Below are positions 12,465 to 24,544 of a stretch of DNA of 64,000 nt, piece after piece (the stretch's first letter is position 1; every line of letters starts with the position of its first letter). Made by a program: the position numbers and the translations under genes. The stretch is from Octopus sinensis. Taxonomy: Eukaryota. The DNA is taken from contig NC_042999.1 of the NCBI RefSeq assembly GCF_006345805.1, forward strand, positions 15,252,001-15,316,000, given 5' to 3'. The notes beneath the pieces are model-generated. The model had not been told where the DNA came from. It saw only the letters and a list, made by a program, of their open reading frames with translations, and searched no databases.

Positions 12465-12863
12465 CTAATAATAAAAAGGTAAAAGTTTTTATTTTTCATT
12501 TTCTTCGATAATTGCTATTAAAACGTGGTCTTGGCCGTGTTGGCTGCTATTTCTAGCATGTAAAAATTACCTGTTAAATGGTAGTTTTCTTTTGTGTTTA
12601 AATGTACACTATTTTAAAATATGAATATGTTGTCTATTGACTATTCATACATGCTAGGCCACTGGTGGTGATATTTATAATGAATATTCGCTACCCTATA
12701 TATGTATCTTATGAATATGTTCTTAGCTTCTCGAACATTCAGATCGGCATTATATTTATTGGCAACTGTAAATACGCCTGCGTACGGAATTTTGAAAAAT
12801 TATAACATATAATGACGGGACACGTGTTATCTTGTCTCTGAATTATAAGATAGTTATTGAGGC

Positions 12864-12973
12864 CGTTTACTGACGAGAATTCGCCTGGCGATAATATTGT
12901 TTTGCTAAATTACCTATTAAAGGATGGCAAATACTCTTATTGGATAAAGAAATTCGAAACCATGGTATAACCG
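12864..12973 (+). ncRNA. Type I hammerhead ribozyme, copy 2
   Basis: CGTTTA-CTGACGA-GAATT...AATTC-GAAAC-CATG-GTA^TAACCG; one helix I mismatch. Confidence 0.8.
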
Positions 12974-13132
12974 CTAATAAAAATAACAAGGTAAAAGTTT
13001 TTTTATTTTTCATTTTCTTCGAAAATTGCCATTACATCGTGGTCTTGGCCGAGTTGGCTACTATTTCTAGCATGTAAAAATTACCTGTTAAATGGTAGTT
13101 TTCTTTTGTGTTTAAATGTACACTATTTTGAA

Positions 13133-13182
<50 letters not shown>

Positions 13183-13209
13183 ACACACACACACACATAT
13201 ATATATATA

Positions 13210-13415
13210 TAGTTAATCCAAACAAGAAAGCACCAAAAACACAACAACGCGAGGACGTGGAACAAATATAGTATTATTGGACGCTCAGGAAAGAAGTAAA
13301 GAAGGAGGGTTTAACGTTTCGAGCGGAGCTCTTCGTCGGAAACATACGAGAAGGAAAGATCCAGAGAAGGGAAGACAGAGGGAAAAAATCGCCAACGGTA
13401 CACTCGCGGTCACAA
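13210..13415 (-). mobile_element. Short non-coding repeat family E carrying a minimal PLE-type HHR (13309-13343)
   Basis: Minus strand GTTT-CCGACGA-A-GAGC-TCC-GCTC-GAAAC-GTT-AAAC; homologous to 53435-53665. Confidence 0.7.
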
Positions 13416-13418
13416 GAA

Positions 13419-13450
<32 letters not shown>

Positions 13451-13914
13451 CATATATATACAAAAAGAATAAAAGAATATATATATATATATATATATAT
13501 ATAATGCATATGTAGGTATGTATATGAAAACTATATCTGAGAATAGGCTACTGAAATACAAATTCTAGTACATTTCACTTACAGTTTACATATTCTTTAA
13601 ATAGTCTTACTACTAATAATACTTTAGCATCGCATGTTCCTTCACGTAATGTCTTTATGCCTAGCTTTCTCCTCTTGCTTCTTATAATCATGATGTTGAT
13701 TTTGTTTTCTCTTTCTCTTTCTCTTTCAATTATTATTAGTCACATGTTCATCTCGCTTCTTCCGAGTTATTCCCTTGCCTCTTGTGCTCGTCTCTACATT
13801 TGAACTTCGGTGTTCATTTGTTTGTGATTGGTGTGTTTGTTTAAACTTTATGCCTGCATGCGTATTTATGCAACGTTACAGTTTTGCTATTGGTAATGTA
13901 TCTACGTAACCTAT

Positions 13915-13993
13915 CTATCTATTTACACACATATATATGTACACACACATACACACATATATATTCACGTACATACATTATATGTATATACAT

Positions 13994-14058
<65 letters not shown>

Positions 14059-14106
14059 CACACATACATATATACATATATATACATACATACAGACATA
14101 TATATA

Positions 14107-14174
<68 letters not shown>

Positions 14175-14490
14175 ATATATATATATATATATAATATGCT
14201 CACGTTATATAGAAACATACATTTATATATATGTAATATGTATAGCATATATATATTATATATATGTATGCATATGCATGCATGCATGTATGTATGTATA
14301 TATGTAAGTATGTATGCATGTATGTATACATGTATGTTTGCATGTATGTATATATGTATGAATGCATGTATGTATGTATGTATGTATGTATGCATGCATG
14401 CATGCATCTATGTATGTATGTATGTATGTATGTATGTATGTATGTATGTATGTATTTATGTATGCATGTATGAATTCATGCATGTATGTA
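13915..14490. repeat. Compound (CA)n/(TA)n/(TATG)n microsatellite
   Basis: Direct reading. Confidence 0.95.
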
Positions 14491-15497
14491 TGGGTGTATA
14501 AAGGACAGTTAAGCTATACAAATTTGTCCGTATTGAGATATATGCGAGCATCTATTTTCATGTCTATTGTGACTGGAAGCAACCAGTTCGTTGTTGAATA
14601 TACTTTGTACAAACGTAGGGAATTCCCATTAGTATAGAAAATAGAGACCTAAATATAGAGATGATACGGAAATGTAAAGGAAATGTGTTTTCAGTAGGGA
14701 TTTTCTATTTATCATGATATCTATAATGGCTTTTTTTTTTTACTTCTTTAGGTATTTATTAAATTACAAACGAAATGATATCCCTCTTACTCTATTCTGG
14801 AGGTAATTAGACGTGAAATACTTTTTTGAAAAGGAAATAAATGATAGGAAATGAAAAAGAAAATGACCGTGAAAGAATATGAATGTGAAACTAAAATGAA
14901 AGGAAATATATATTTTATTAGGATCCCATGTTGCTGCGATTGAAGATGTCATCCAGGTCCTTTTGCTAGATATCTATGCGAGCACGGGCATACGATAATT
15001 ATAGTGTGTGCTTGTTTAATATCTTTAATATCCTGGTATTGTGTTTCAAGATCACTAGCTTTTCTATAATACACAAACTACAAAAGGCATTCGATTGTGT
15101 TCAACTTGATGCTTTATCTAATAGTCGCCACTTAATGATATGAAGTTATATTATTATTTTGCAAGAATCATATAGATTCCGAGAGTTTTCTATGCATATT
15201 TCATCGAAATGATTTGTATCTATATTTGAACTAAATGTATTATTATTCTAATGAAGACCTCTCTGAGATTCTTCCATAGTCGTACTTGTATAACCAATGT
15301 AATCTTGGTTCATTTTTGAAGTAACCATAGTCGAACATATAACAGAATTTTCTGTACCGTTTCCATTTTAAGAGTAACAATTACCTCTCAGTGTTTTCTT
15401 GACTATATTCCGGTGATTTAAGTTTACTATTTTTGTATTATCAGTGGATATTACGATCTTACCTAATTCGTTTATATATATATATGTAGTAAGAATT

Positions 15498-15642
15498 TAC
15501 CCAAAAAACAACAAAAGACGAAGACGGGTGTGTAAACAACAGACAGATGTATTAGTTTAACGCTCGGGAAGTGAGAAAGTCTTTTACGTTTCGAGCCTAC
15601 GCTCTTCAACAGAAAGGAATACAGAAATAAACACAGAGAGAA
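15498..15642 (-). mobile_element. Short non-coding repeat family F with a minimal HHR-like motif (15581-15616, A6U variant)
   Basis: Minus strand CTTT-CTGTTGA-A-GAGC-GTAG-GCTC-GAAAC-GTA-AAAG; homologous to 25543-25685. Confidence 0.65.
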
Positions 15643-15790
15643 ATATATATATATATATATATATGCCTTTCATCCTTTCGGCGTCGATAAATAAAGTACC
15701 AGTTACACACTGGGGTCGATGTAATCGACTTAATCCGTTTGTCTGTTCTTGTTTGTCCCCTCTATGTTTAACCCCCTGTGGGCAATAAAG

Positions 15791-15832
<42 letters not shown>

Positions 15833-16728
15833 TGTATGTATGTATATGTGTGTGTGTATGTATGTCTATATGATACGTAAATGGAAAAGCATGAAAGATA
15901 GATGTAGATTATTCTTGTATAGTTTGTGTTTGTGTTCTCGTCATTGTGTAATAGTAATTACAGATAGAAATGGAGTAAAGTTCTAAGAAGAAAGCGAGCT
16001 GAGCTAGTGATAGTGAGAGAGTCAAGGGAGGTTGTTTCACATAATCACTGATTGTGATATTCTTTTTCCCTCTGGCCGTTTGTCTTTAGTGGCTGCCTGC
16101 TTGTAGCAATGATTCTAGTGGTCCTTTCACTAACTGATGGTCCCTCTCTCTAACTCCACTTCTCACTAACTGGAGTTGTCACTAACTGACTTTTGCTTGG
16201 GGGTTCTTGTTTTTATTACTATCCAGAAGGATAGACATATTGTTGAGAACAATGGATTTCGTTGGTGGTACTTGTTATCTTAATTCTAGCTTTTGGTAAA
16301 ATAGAAGAGGTTAGAAGGGTCAAGTGGAGAAGACATTATTTTGCTTAGCTAAGGCATCTGGCAAATATAACTACTGTCACAGAAAAACTATTGTTTTACC
16401 ATGAGAAAAGTGGTGTTGAATTGTTAATTTAAATTAACAATTAAAGATGGAGAAGAGAAGGTGTTAGAAGTTTTAACGTCTTCTCTTCTCCATCTTTAAT
16501 TGTTTTTTTTTAGTTTCCATAGGATACGTGTTCTATAAATGCTCCTAGCACACCTTATACTTGTAACGTTTTCATATTCAAAACTAGTTAAAGGATGCAC
16601 TTTTAAAACTGGATTTGTTTCATTGGTCCTTTCAGTTAACGGTCTTAGGCATGCAATGAACATATAAACAAAATATATGAATTCTATATGGTGTGTTAAC
16701 GTCCCTGTGACTTAGTGGTGCATAGACC

Positions 16729-16960
16729 CATTTCTTTACTACCCACAAGGGGCTAAACACAGAGGGGACATACAAGGGCGGACAAACGGATTAAGTCGAT
16801 TATATCGACCCCAGTGCGTAACTGGTACTTAATTTAATCGACCCTGAGAAGATGAAAGGCAAAGTCGACCTCGGCGGAATTTGAACTCAGAACGTAGCGG
16901 CAGATGAAATACCACTAAGCATTTCGCCCGACGTGCTAACGTTTCTGCCAACTCGCCGCA
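16729..16960 (-). mobile_element. SINE family B
   Basis: Reverse complement of family B. Confidence 0.9.
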
Positions 16961-17357
16961 TATACCATTGGTTTCTTTTGTAGACCCGACTGATAATTTA
17001 CTGGGTACGTAAACACATCAACACATACACACACACACACACATACGACAGTCCTCTTTCAGTTTCCATCTACCAAATCCACTCACAAAGCTTTAGTCGC
17101 CCCGAGGCTATAGTAGAAGCCACTTGCCCAAAGTGCCACGCAATGGGACTGAACCCGGAACCATGTGGTTGAGAATGGTAGAAGTCACAACGTTATTCAA
17201 GGGTGGAGAGTTTTGTACATTGGCACGAATCAAACTGGTTTCAGATTAATGGTTTTAAACTTGTGTCCCATTAGGTTGAAACGAGTTTGATAAATATCAA
17301 CACATGAAACTCTCCATCTTTGAATCGCTAACTTCTGCCGATTATTAATAAAAGTGT

Positions 17358-17831
17358 TTATACATACATACATACATACATACATACATACATACATACA
17401 TACATACATACATACATACACACATATATACATACATACATACATGCATACATACATACTTATATACATACATACATACATACATACATACATACATACA
17501 TGCATACATACATACATACATACATACATACATACATACATACATACATGCATACATACATACATACATACATACATACTTATATACATACATACTTACA
17601 TACATACATACATATATACATACATACACACATATATACAAACGAAAGAACGTAGCACTCAACAGGTTGATTCCGCTCCAAGCAATTTAAAGTTTCGTTT
17701 CTCCTAAAAACAAAACTAGCTATTCAGGCTTAGATATCAGTTATCAGAAGAGATAGATTCGTCTTGTCAAGCCCACGAAACTTTAGGTTGCATGGAACCG
17801 AATCACACTCTTATTGAATTATATCTGTCTG

Positions 17832-17886
<55 letters not shown>

Positions 17887-18110
17887 ATCTATCTATCTAT
17901 CTATACATACATACATACATACATACATACATACATACATACATACATGTATATATACATGCATGAATCTATAAATACACACATACATCATCATCATCAT
18001 CATCGACATACACACACACACATATATATGTATGTGTCCTTATATAATTACATACATATGTATTTATTTATACACACACACATACATACACTTATACACA
18101 CATGCATGCG
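17358..18110. repeat. (TACA)n and (TATC)n microsatellite blocks
   Basis: Direct reading (17358-17640 and 17820-18110). Confidence 0.9.
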
Positions 18111-18149
18111 TGCGCACGCATGTGGAGTGTTAGTTTAATACCTACACAA

Positions 18150-18800
18150 AAGCATCGTGTGATAGCAATATGGATTTTCATAAATTCCAGGGGCTTTAGC
18201 AGCAGATGCTTGATTATGAAAAGTTCATAATTACATCACACTGTGTGAATGTATATTCATGTTTATCTACGATGAATATAAATCAACTTATAACCGATGC
18301 TTTGTTATTCCAAAGTGTTAATCTAAGGCGTTTGCTGATATTTCTATTGATTTCATCCAATATATTTTTCTCAAGTTCGGTTTTCATTGGGTTAGTGAAT
18401 CTTGTAGGATTATTCATTAAATTTTGCTTGTGATCATTGATTGTTAGATACTTTTTTTTTGTTTGTTTGTAGCTTAGGAATGTCTACTATATCATGTATA
18501 ATAAGCCTTGGGGCTATATATTCGGCCTCCATATTTATAGAAAGTAAATATTAAGAGTGCAATTTTTATAATTCGTGGTAATACCATTGTTTGGAAGGTC
18601 AGCAAATGTTCTATACTTCATTCTAAAATTAATACTAGTTTTATCTCTCACCACAAATGTTTGTTTTGATTTTTGGATATGTTTTATGTTGTAAGTGTTA
18701 TTTTCTTGATCTCGATATATTTCATCATTTTAAAGATATTTTCTCGAAAGGTTCGAGTCGTATATTCTTGGAGGGCATCAACTGATCCTGATGCCAGATT
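18150..18800 (-). mobile_element. Penelope-like element reverse transcriptase relic
   Basis: Minus-strand frames give DKTSINF, TINDHKQNLMNNPTRFTNPMKTELEKNILDEINRNI..LTLWNNKASVIS*F..FTQCDV, resembling the PLE pattern ADKTxN / TxKDHKxNFxNNPxxRLINPxKSE / FxxFDI; multiple stops. Confidence 0.7.
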
Positions 18801-18837
18801 CAAAATCTCATACTGCCTCGCCATCCTCTCCTTTTCC

Positions 18838-18950
18838 AAAACAGGTGTTTTCGCTCAATAAACACTCACAACGCCCGGTCTGGGAATCGAAACCGCGATC
18901 CTATGACCGCGAGTCCGCTGCCCTAACCACTGGGCCATTGCGCCTCCACT
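18838..18950 (-). mobile_element. SINE family A 5' head
   Basis: Reverse complement of GTGGAGGCGCAATGGCCCAGTGGTTAGG... Confidence 0.9.
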
Positions 18951-19099
18951 CATAGTCAGTATTCCTGGTATGATTACGGTACAGTCCGTAGTATCCATGG
19001 ACATCATGTGTTCATTCTTTTGAACATCAAATTTAAAATACTAAGACGGGTCACATCCTCTCTTTGAAGGTTGGAAATAAAAGCAACAAATAGAAGTTC

Positions 19100-19194
19100 T
19101 TGTCATCGTTAGCGACTCATTTTACTGAGGTGTCAGGTGATGCTCATGAGGGTGCTTGGCTGTTGCAACGCCTTAGCCTTGCTATCATCCGCAG
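19100..19194 (+). mobile_element. CRE-like LINE C-terminal fragment, interrupted by a SINE
   Basis: FTEVSGDAHEGAWLLQRLSLAIIR, continuing after 19594. Confidence 0.6.
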
Positions 19195-19583
19195 CGTGGA
19201 GGCGCAATGGCCCAGTGGTTAGGGCAGCGGACTCGCGGTCGTAGGATCGCGGTTTCGATTCCCAGACCGGGCGTTGTGAGTGTTTATTGAGCGAAAACAC
19301 ATAAAGCTCCAGGAGGCTCCGGCAGGGGATGGTGGTGATCCCTGCTGTACTCTTTCACCACAACTTTCTCTCACTCTTACTTCCTGTTTCTGCTGTACCT
19401 GTATTTCAAAGGGCCGGCCTTGTCACTCTCTGTGTCACGCTGAATATCCCCGAGAACTACGTTAAGGGTACACGTGTCTGTGGAGTGCTCAGCCACTTAC
19501 ACGTTAATTTCACAAGCAGGCTGTTCCGTTGATTCGGATCAACCGGAACCCTCGTCGTCGTAACCGATGGAGTGCTTCCATCC
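19195..19583 (+). mobile_element. SINE family A, 3' tail variant 3, with 11-bp TSD
   Basis: TSD ATCATCCGCAG at 19184-19194 and 19584-19594. Confidence 0.92.
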
Positions 19584-19878
19584 ATCATCCGCAGTAATAC
19601 CCGAGCATGTAGGCTTGTTTCAGTATGTTCCATTGAACTTTATTGTCTGCGACCGATTGAAGCAATTACTATTGAATTGCTGTTTTTTCTCTTCTTTGTT
19701 TTCTTTTCCACAAACGAATGGGTTTTCTTCAGTTTTGGATTTGTATTTTGATGTGGAATATTTATGTAATTAAATACTGTGTAATAATTGTGTAAAATAA
19801 AAGTTCTTATAACTTAAAAATTGCAATGATTCTAACGGCTCTTAAATTAATTCTCAGCCCTAACTTTACAATGCTATA

Positions 19879-20348
19879 TGTTGTTGTTGTATGTTCCTTT
19901 TCGAGCCATGCCTGGCTCATAAGGGCCAGTTTCCCAGTTTCATTGGAGTATAGGATCCCCACCTGGACGGGATGCCGGTCCGTCGCAGGTGAACTGCTAG
20001 ATGCAGGAGGAAAGACTGAGAGAAAGATGTGGCGAAAGAGCCAGCGGAGGTTCACCATTACCTTCTGCCGGAGCCGCATGGGGCCAGTTTCCCAATTTCA
20101 TAGCTATATAGGATCCCCACCTGGATGGGACGCCGGTCCGTCACAGGTGAGCTGATAGATGCAGGAGGAAAGAATGAGAGAAAGTTGTGGCGAAAGAGTC
20201 AGCAGAAGTTCGCCATTACCTTCTGCCGGGGCCGCGTTGTGTTTAGGTATTTCGCTCATAAACACACACATCGCCCGGTCTGAGATTCGAACCTGTGATC
20301 CCTCGACCGCGAGTCCACAGCGCTAACCACTAGGCCATGTGCCTCCAC
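19879..20348 (-). mobile_element. SINE family A-related element with an internal tandem duplication of about 157 bp
   Basis: Head at 20348 on the minus strand; body repeated at about 19921-20075 and 20080-20236; (ACA)n tail. Confidence 0.85.
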
Positions 20349-21189
20349 AACGCTATATAATCAATGGAGTTTTGGTTTATTTTTCATGACAATGACTGAA
20401 TATATAATAGATTTTTCTACATTTTTTCTGTTGTCCTTCAGTTCACTTCGAAAGTGACAATTGCATTTTGGTGTTCTATTCGTAACATTCTGCTGATAAA
20501 TTGCTCGTTATTTTCTTACTATTGATGTATGCTGCACTGTATCAGCAAAATTTATTACTGCAGAGTGGATTATTTTGAGCGAATTCACCAAGCTAAAGAT
20601 ATTCATGCATATTTATTTCTGATCAACTTCAGTTTTATTTCCTATCTTTTATTTTCTCCCCAAAAAGCACTTCACGTCTAATTAAGTTCTTAATAGAGTT
20701 TGAGGGAGCTAATTTCATTAATAATTTAATATGCAAGTATAGAGAAACAGTACAGATATTATAATGCCGTAAATAGAAAAATCACTATAGAAAATGCATT
20801 TCTTTATATTTCTGTCTCGTTTCTATAATTAGGTTTCCATTTTCTATACTAATGGGATTAAAATTAGAGTGACCTCCCTTCGTATGATATGCTTCAACCA
20901 TTCGCGGTTTGGAAGCTAAAATAGATATTAAAAATAATTGCATGCAAATATATCTCAATAGAAACTTGAAACGATACTGCATAAATATAGGGGGCAATCG
21001 GCATATATCGTATATAGACCCGTGTACTTATTAACAATCTAAAAGCAAGGATGCATAGAAGTATAATGAAAATTGTTCAAAGGAGAACGGGCTCATAAAT
21101 AAATATATACGAACGATCAAACGTGCTTGTAGTAAGAAACAGATATCGAAGGGCAAAACTATTTATAATGTAATTAATGCAGGGCAAAT

Positions 21190-21785
21190 TATTTTGCAGC
21201 ATTTCGTCCGTCTTTACGTTCTGAGTTCAAATTTCACCAAGGTCTATTTTGCCTTTCATTCTTTCGGGGTCGATAAAATAAGTACTAGTTACGCACTGGG
21301 GTTGAGGTTATTGACTTAAGCCCCACCCTGAAATTGATTGCTTTGTGCCATAATCTTTTCTTCTCTAGGCACAAGGCCTGAAATTTTGAGGGAAGGGGTC
21401 AGTCGATTAGATCGACGCCAGTATGCAACTGGTACTTAATTTATCGACTCAGGACGGATGAAAGGCAAAGTCGACCTCGGTGGAATTTGAACTCAGAACG
21501 TAAAGACAAACGAAATTCCGCTAAGCATTTCACCCAGTGTGCTAATATTTCTTATTTCTTTATTGCCTACAAGGGGCTAAAAATGGAGGGACAAACAAGG
21601 ACAGACTAAGGGATTAAGTCGATTACATCGACCGCAATACATAACTGGTACTTAATTTATTAACCCTGAAAGGATGAAAGGTAAAGTCGACCTCGGCAGA
21701 ATTTGAACTCAGAACGTAACGGTAGACGAAGTACTGCTAAGTATTTGACCCAGTCTGCTAATGCTTCTGCCAGCTCACTGCCTTT
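21190..21785. mobile_element. Cluster of three partial or whole SINE family B copies (one +, two -)
   Basis: Repeated CTTTCATTCTTTCGGGGTCGATAAA and GATGAAAGGCAAAGTCGACCTCGG motifs. Confidence 0.8.
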
Positions 21786-21871
21786 GTTTTGTGCCGCAAT
21801 GTAAAACCAATGTAATTAGAATATTCAATTGTGCACTTGTGTGAGAGAAGGTTTGTATGATATGTATGTAT

Positions 21872-21907
<36 letters not shown>

Positions 21908-22224
21908 TTCTATTTATTTGCCTGTGATGCACCAGAACTCATCATCAGAGATGTTTCCTTAGGTCATTTAGGTGTTTAGGGTCTTCCAACAGCAAAGACC
22001 TTCACCCGGGTGACTCACCCAGGGCCAATCAAGTCTCAACTCGTTTTCAGTTATGGTCCCCCCCCCGGTACAACTACCCCTTCCAGGACTCGCAGCTCTT
22101 CATCTTCAGCCACCCTGGAGCAATGTTTGCTACCTCCACAGTTCACCTGATGGTCTTCTGCTTACTGGACTCTGTACGTATGTGTATATATTCATACATA
22201 CATACATACATTTATGCATGCATG

Positions 22225-22263
<39 letters not shown>

Positions 22264-22477
22264 TTTAATCAGGGTGTACAATATTATGTATAAAAATATA
22301 TATATAAAAATACAAAATGGGACAAGAACGCAAAACATTCAAATAGACGACACAAAAAAATGAACGGGTCATTCGAAGCCTCTAATCTTCAGTCAAGAAC
22401 CGGATCATCCTCGCAATTTCGGCTGATTAATCTTGAGCCGAAATTAATCTTGTACAATATTATATGTTCATTACAAC

Positions 22478-22655
22478 TGATCTTACTAATTGGTTTCACA
22501 CTAGGGTTTCAATGGAGTGTTGGGTAATAGTCTAGTCATGTAACCCTGCGCTCTTCAGAGATGGTAACCATTTTCGAAGAGTGCAGGGTTACATAATTGG
22601 ATTGTTACCTACCACTCCGTTGAACCCCTAGTGTGGAACCAATTGGTAAGATCAG
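22478..22655. repeat. 178-bp imperfect palindrome (hairpin element)
   Basis: CTGATCTTACTAATTGGTTTCACACTAGGG... pairs with ...CCCTAGTGTGGAACCAATTGGTAAGATCAG. Confidence 0.9.
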
Positions 22656-23128
22656 ATTTAATGGATATATAATACTGGAAAATTCGATTAATATACCCAC
22701 TTTATTGACCTACTGACAAATACACGTCTGCAAATTGTTTCTGATTTATGGATTCTTAAACATCTATGTATATATCCGTACTGTCCAACCCATGCCAGCC
22801 TGGAAAACAGACGTTAAACGATGATGATGTATATATGTCATATTTTCCGTTTGTTATCTTCTTTTTATTTAATTCTGAAAAAAAAACGTATGTATGTTTG
22901 TATACATGCATGTATACATTTATGTGTGTGCATGTATGTATGTATGTGTGTGTGTATGTATGTATGGATGGATATATGAATGGATGGATGGATAGATGCC
23001 TATTATCTAGCAACCTACCTACCTATCTACCAATCTATCTGTATGTCTGTTTGTCTCTCTGTATATGTATGTATATATGCATGTATGTGTGTGTGTGTGT
23101 TTGTGTGTGTGAAGTCCTGTTTATAGAG

Positions 23129-23354
23129 CAGTGATTCTCAACTAGGCTCCACATGACCCTTAGGGGTTAACATTAATGTGTAATGAACTTGTACCATGCA
23201 CAAAATATTTTGACAATCTTTTATACAATTCCTGATAATATTTAGCTATAAAAATATAATGCGATGTTTTAAGATATCGAATGGTTACGGAGGCCCAGAA
23301 GAGTAAAATAGGAATCAAAGTGGTCCCTAGATAGAAAATGTTTGAGAGCCACTA
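23129..23354. mobile_element. hAT (Charlie-like) MITE
   Basis: Ends CAGTGATTCTCAAC / TTTGAGAGCCACTA; flanking 8-mers TTATAGAG and GTTTAGAG (6/8 match) resemble the Charlie target site. Confidence 0.75.
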
Positions 23355-24120
23355 GTTTAGAGGAATAATTACATTAATGGATTTTACTTAATGTTCCTTT
23401 ATTTCCAACACAGCAATGAAACAAAAAATCTCTACTCGTCTTCTTGATAAAATAATATGAAAAATAATCACATTTAATGTGGGTTGTGAAAATCAATTTG
23501 AGAAGAGGCTGGATTCGGCACAGAATTTACCAAAATCTTAATTTGCAACGCAAATAAAGGCAAAGTTTACATAAATATTTACATAAAAATATGTACATCC
23601 ATAAGTCGATTAAATAATTTGTGTTTTAGAAAGTCGTAGAGAAAATGCATTATATATGTTTGAGTTCGTGAAGTTAAGATGTTTATTGTTCAGATGATTG
23701 GCAGCAGTAAAGATGGAGATAGACGTAGATTGCGTGTTTTCTTAAACTGGGAGAAACAGACGACAGATTCTTCAGTCAGCTTCACTTTTATCTTAATTTG
23801 AGACAGCTGAAAAAGAGAGTTGATTCAGTTCTGTGATTTTGCTTTTTGATGCGTTTATGAAAAAGCTGAGAAGGTCAATGGTTAGGTATGTCTGTTGTTG
23901 AGATATCTGAGTCAAGAAGTCCACTGTGTGTGGTTTAAATAACCAAACTGGGTTCATAGGCTATTATTTACTGCTTGGCTAAAATAACACATGTGTTAGC
24001 AGTTGAATGAAGTTAATACACTCATACATAAAACAAAGACACACGCTCATATAGACATAGATGTATATATATGTGTGTGCGTGTGTATGGATATATTCTT
24101 TTCTACTCACAAGGCTTCTA

Positions 24121-24540
24121 AGGCGGTGAGCTGGCAGAAATGTTAGCACACCGGGTGAAATGCTTAGCGGTATTTCGTCTGTCGTTATGTTCTGAGTTCA
24201 AATTCAGCTGAGGTCGACTTTGCCTTTCATCCTTTCGGGGTCGATAAATTAAGAACCAGTTATGCACTGGGGTCAATATAATCGACTTAATCCGTTTGTC
24301 TGTCCTTGTTCGTCCCCTCTGTGTTTAGCCCCTTGTGGGTAATAAAGAAATAGGTATTTTGTCTGTCGTTACGTTCTGAGTTCAAATTCAGCTGAAGTCG
24401 ACTTTGCCTTTCATCCTTTCCCGGTCAATAAATTAAGTACCAGTTACGCACTGGGGTCGATATAATCGACTTAATCCCTTTGTCTGTCCTTGCTCGTCCC
24501 CTCTGTGTTTAGCCCCTTGTGGGTAGTAAAGAAATAGGAT
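24121..24540 (+). mobile_element. Tandem pair of SINE family B
   Basis: Full copy followed by a second copy restarting at GGTATTTTGTCTGTCGTTACG. Confidence 0.88.
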
Positions 24541-24544
24541 ATAT

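Larger units (their letters stand above)
12331..13137 (+). repeat. Two direct repeats of about 295 bp (12331-12623, 12840-13137), period 509 bp, each containing an HHR
   Basis: GAATTATAAG...GTACACTATTTT(A/G)AAATAT aligned by eye with scattered substitutions. Confidence 0.9.

Noticed and set aside
15245-15348. CTAATGAAGAC...GTCGAACATATAACAG degenerate hammerhead-like string
   Set aside because: Both core motifs are mutated and helix I is unconvincing; not supportable without a family consensus
16200-16640. Possible PLE N-terminal peptide (ILPKARIKIT) on the minus strand
   Set aside because: The similarity is too short and broken to support a call
22540-22590. CTGAAGA/GAAA motifs on the minus strand inside the 178-bp palindrome
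   Set aside because: The order and spacing leave no helix I and no NUH site
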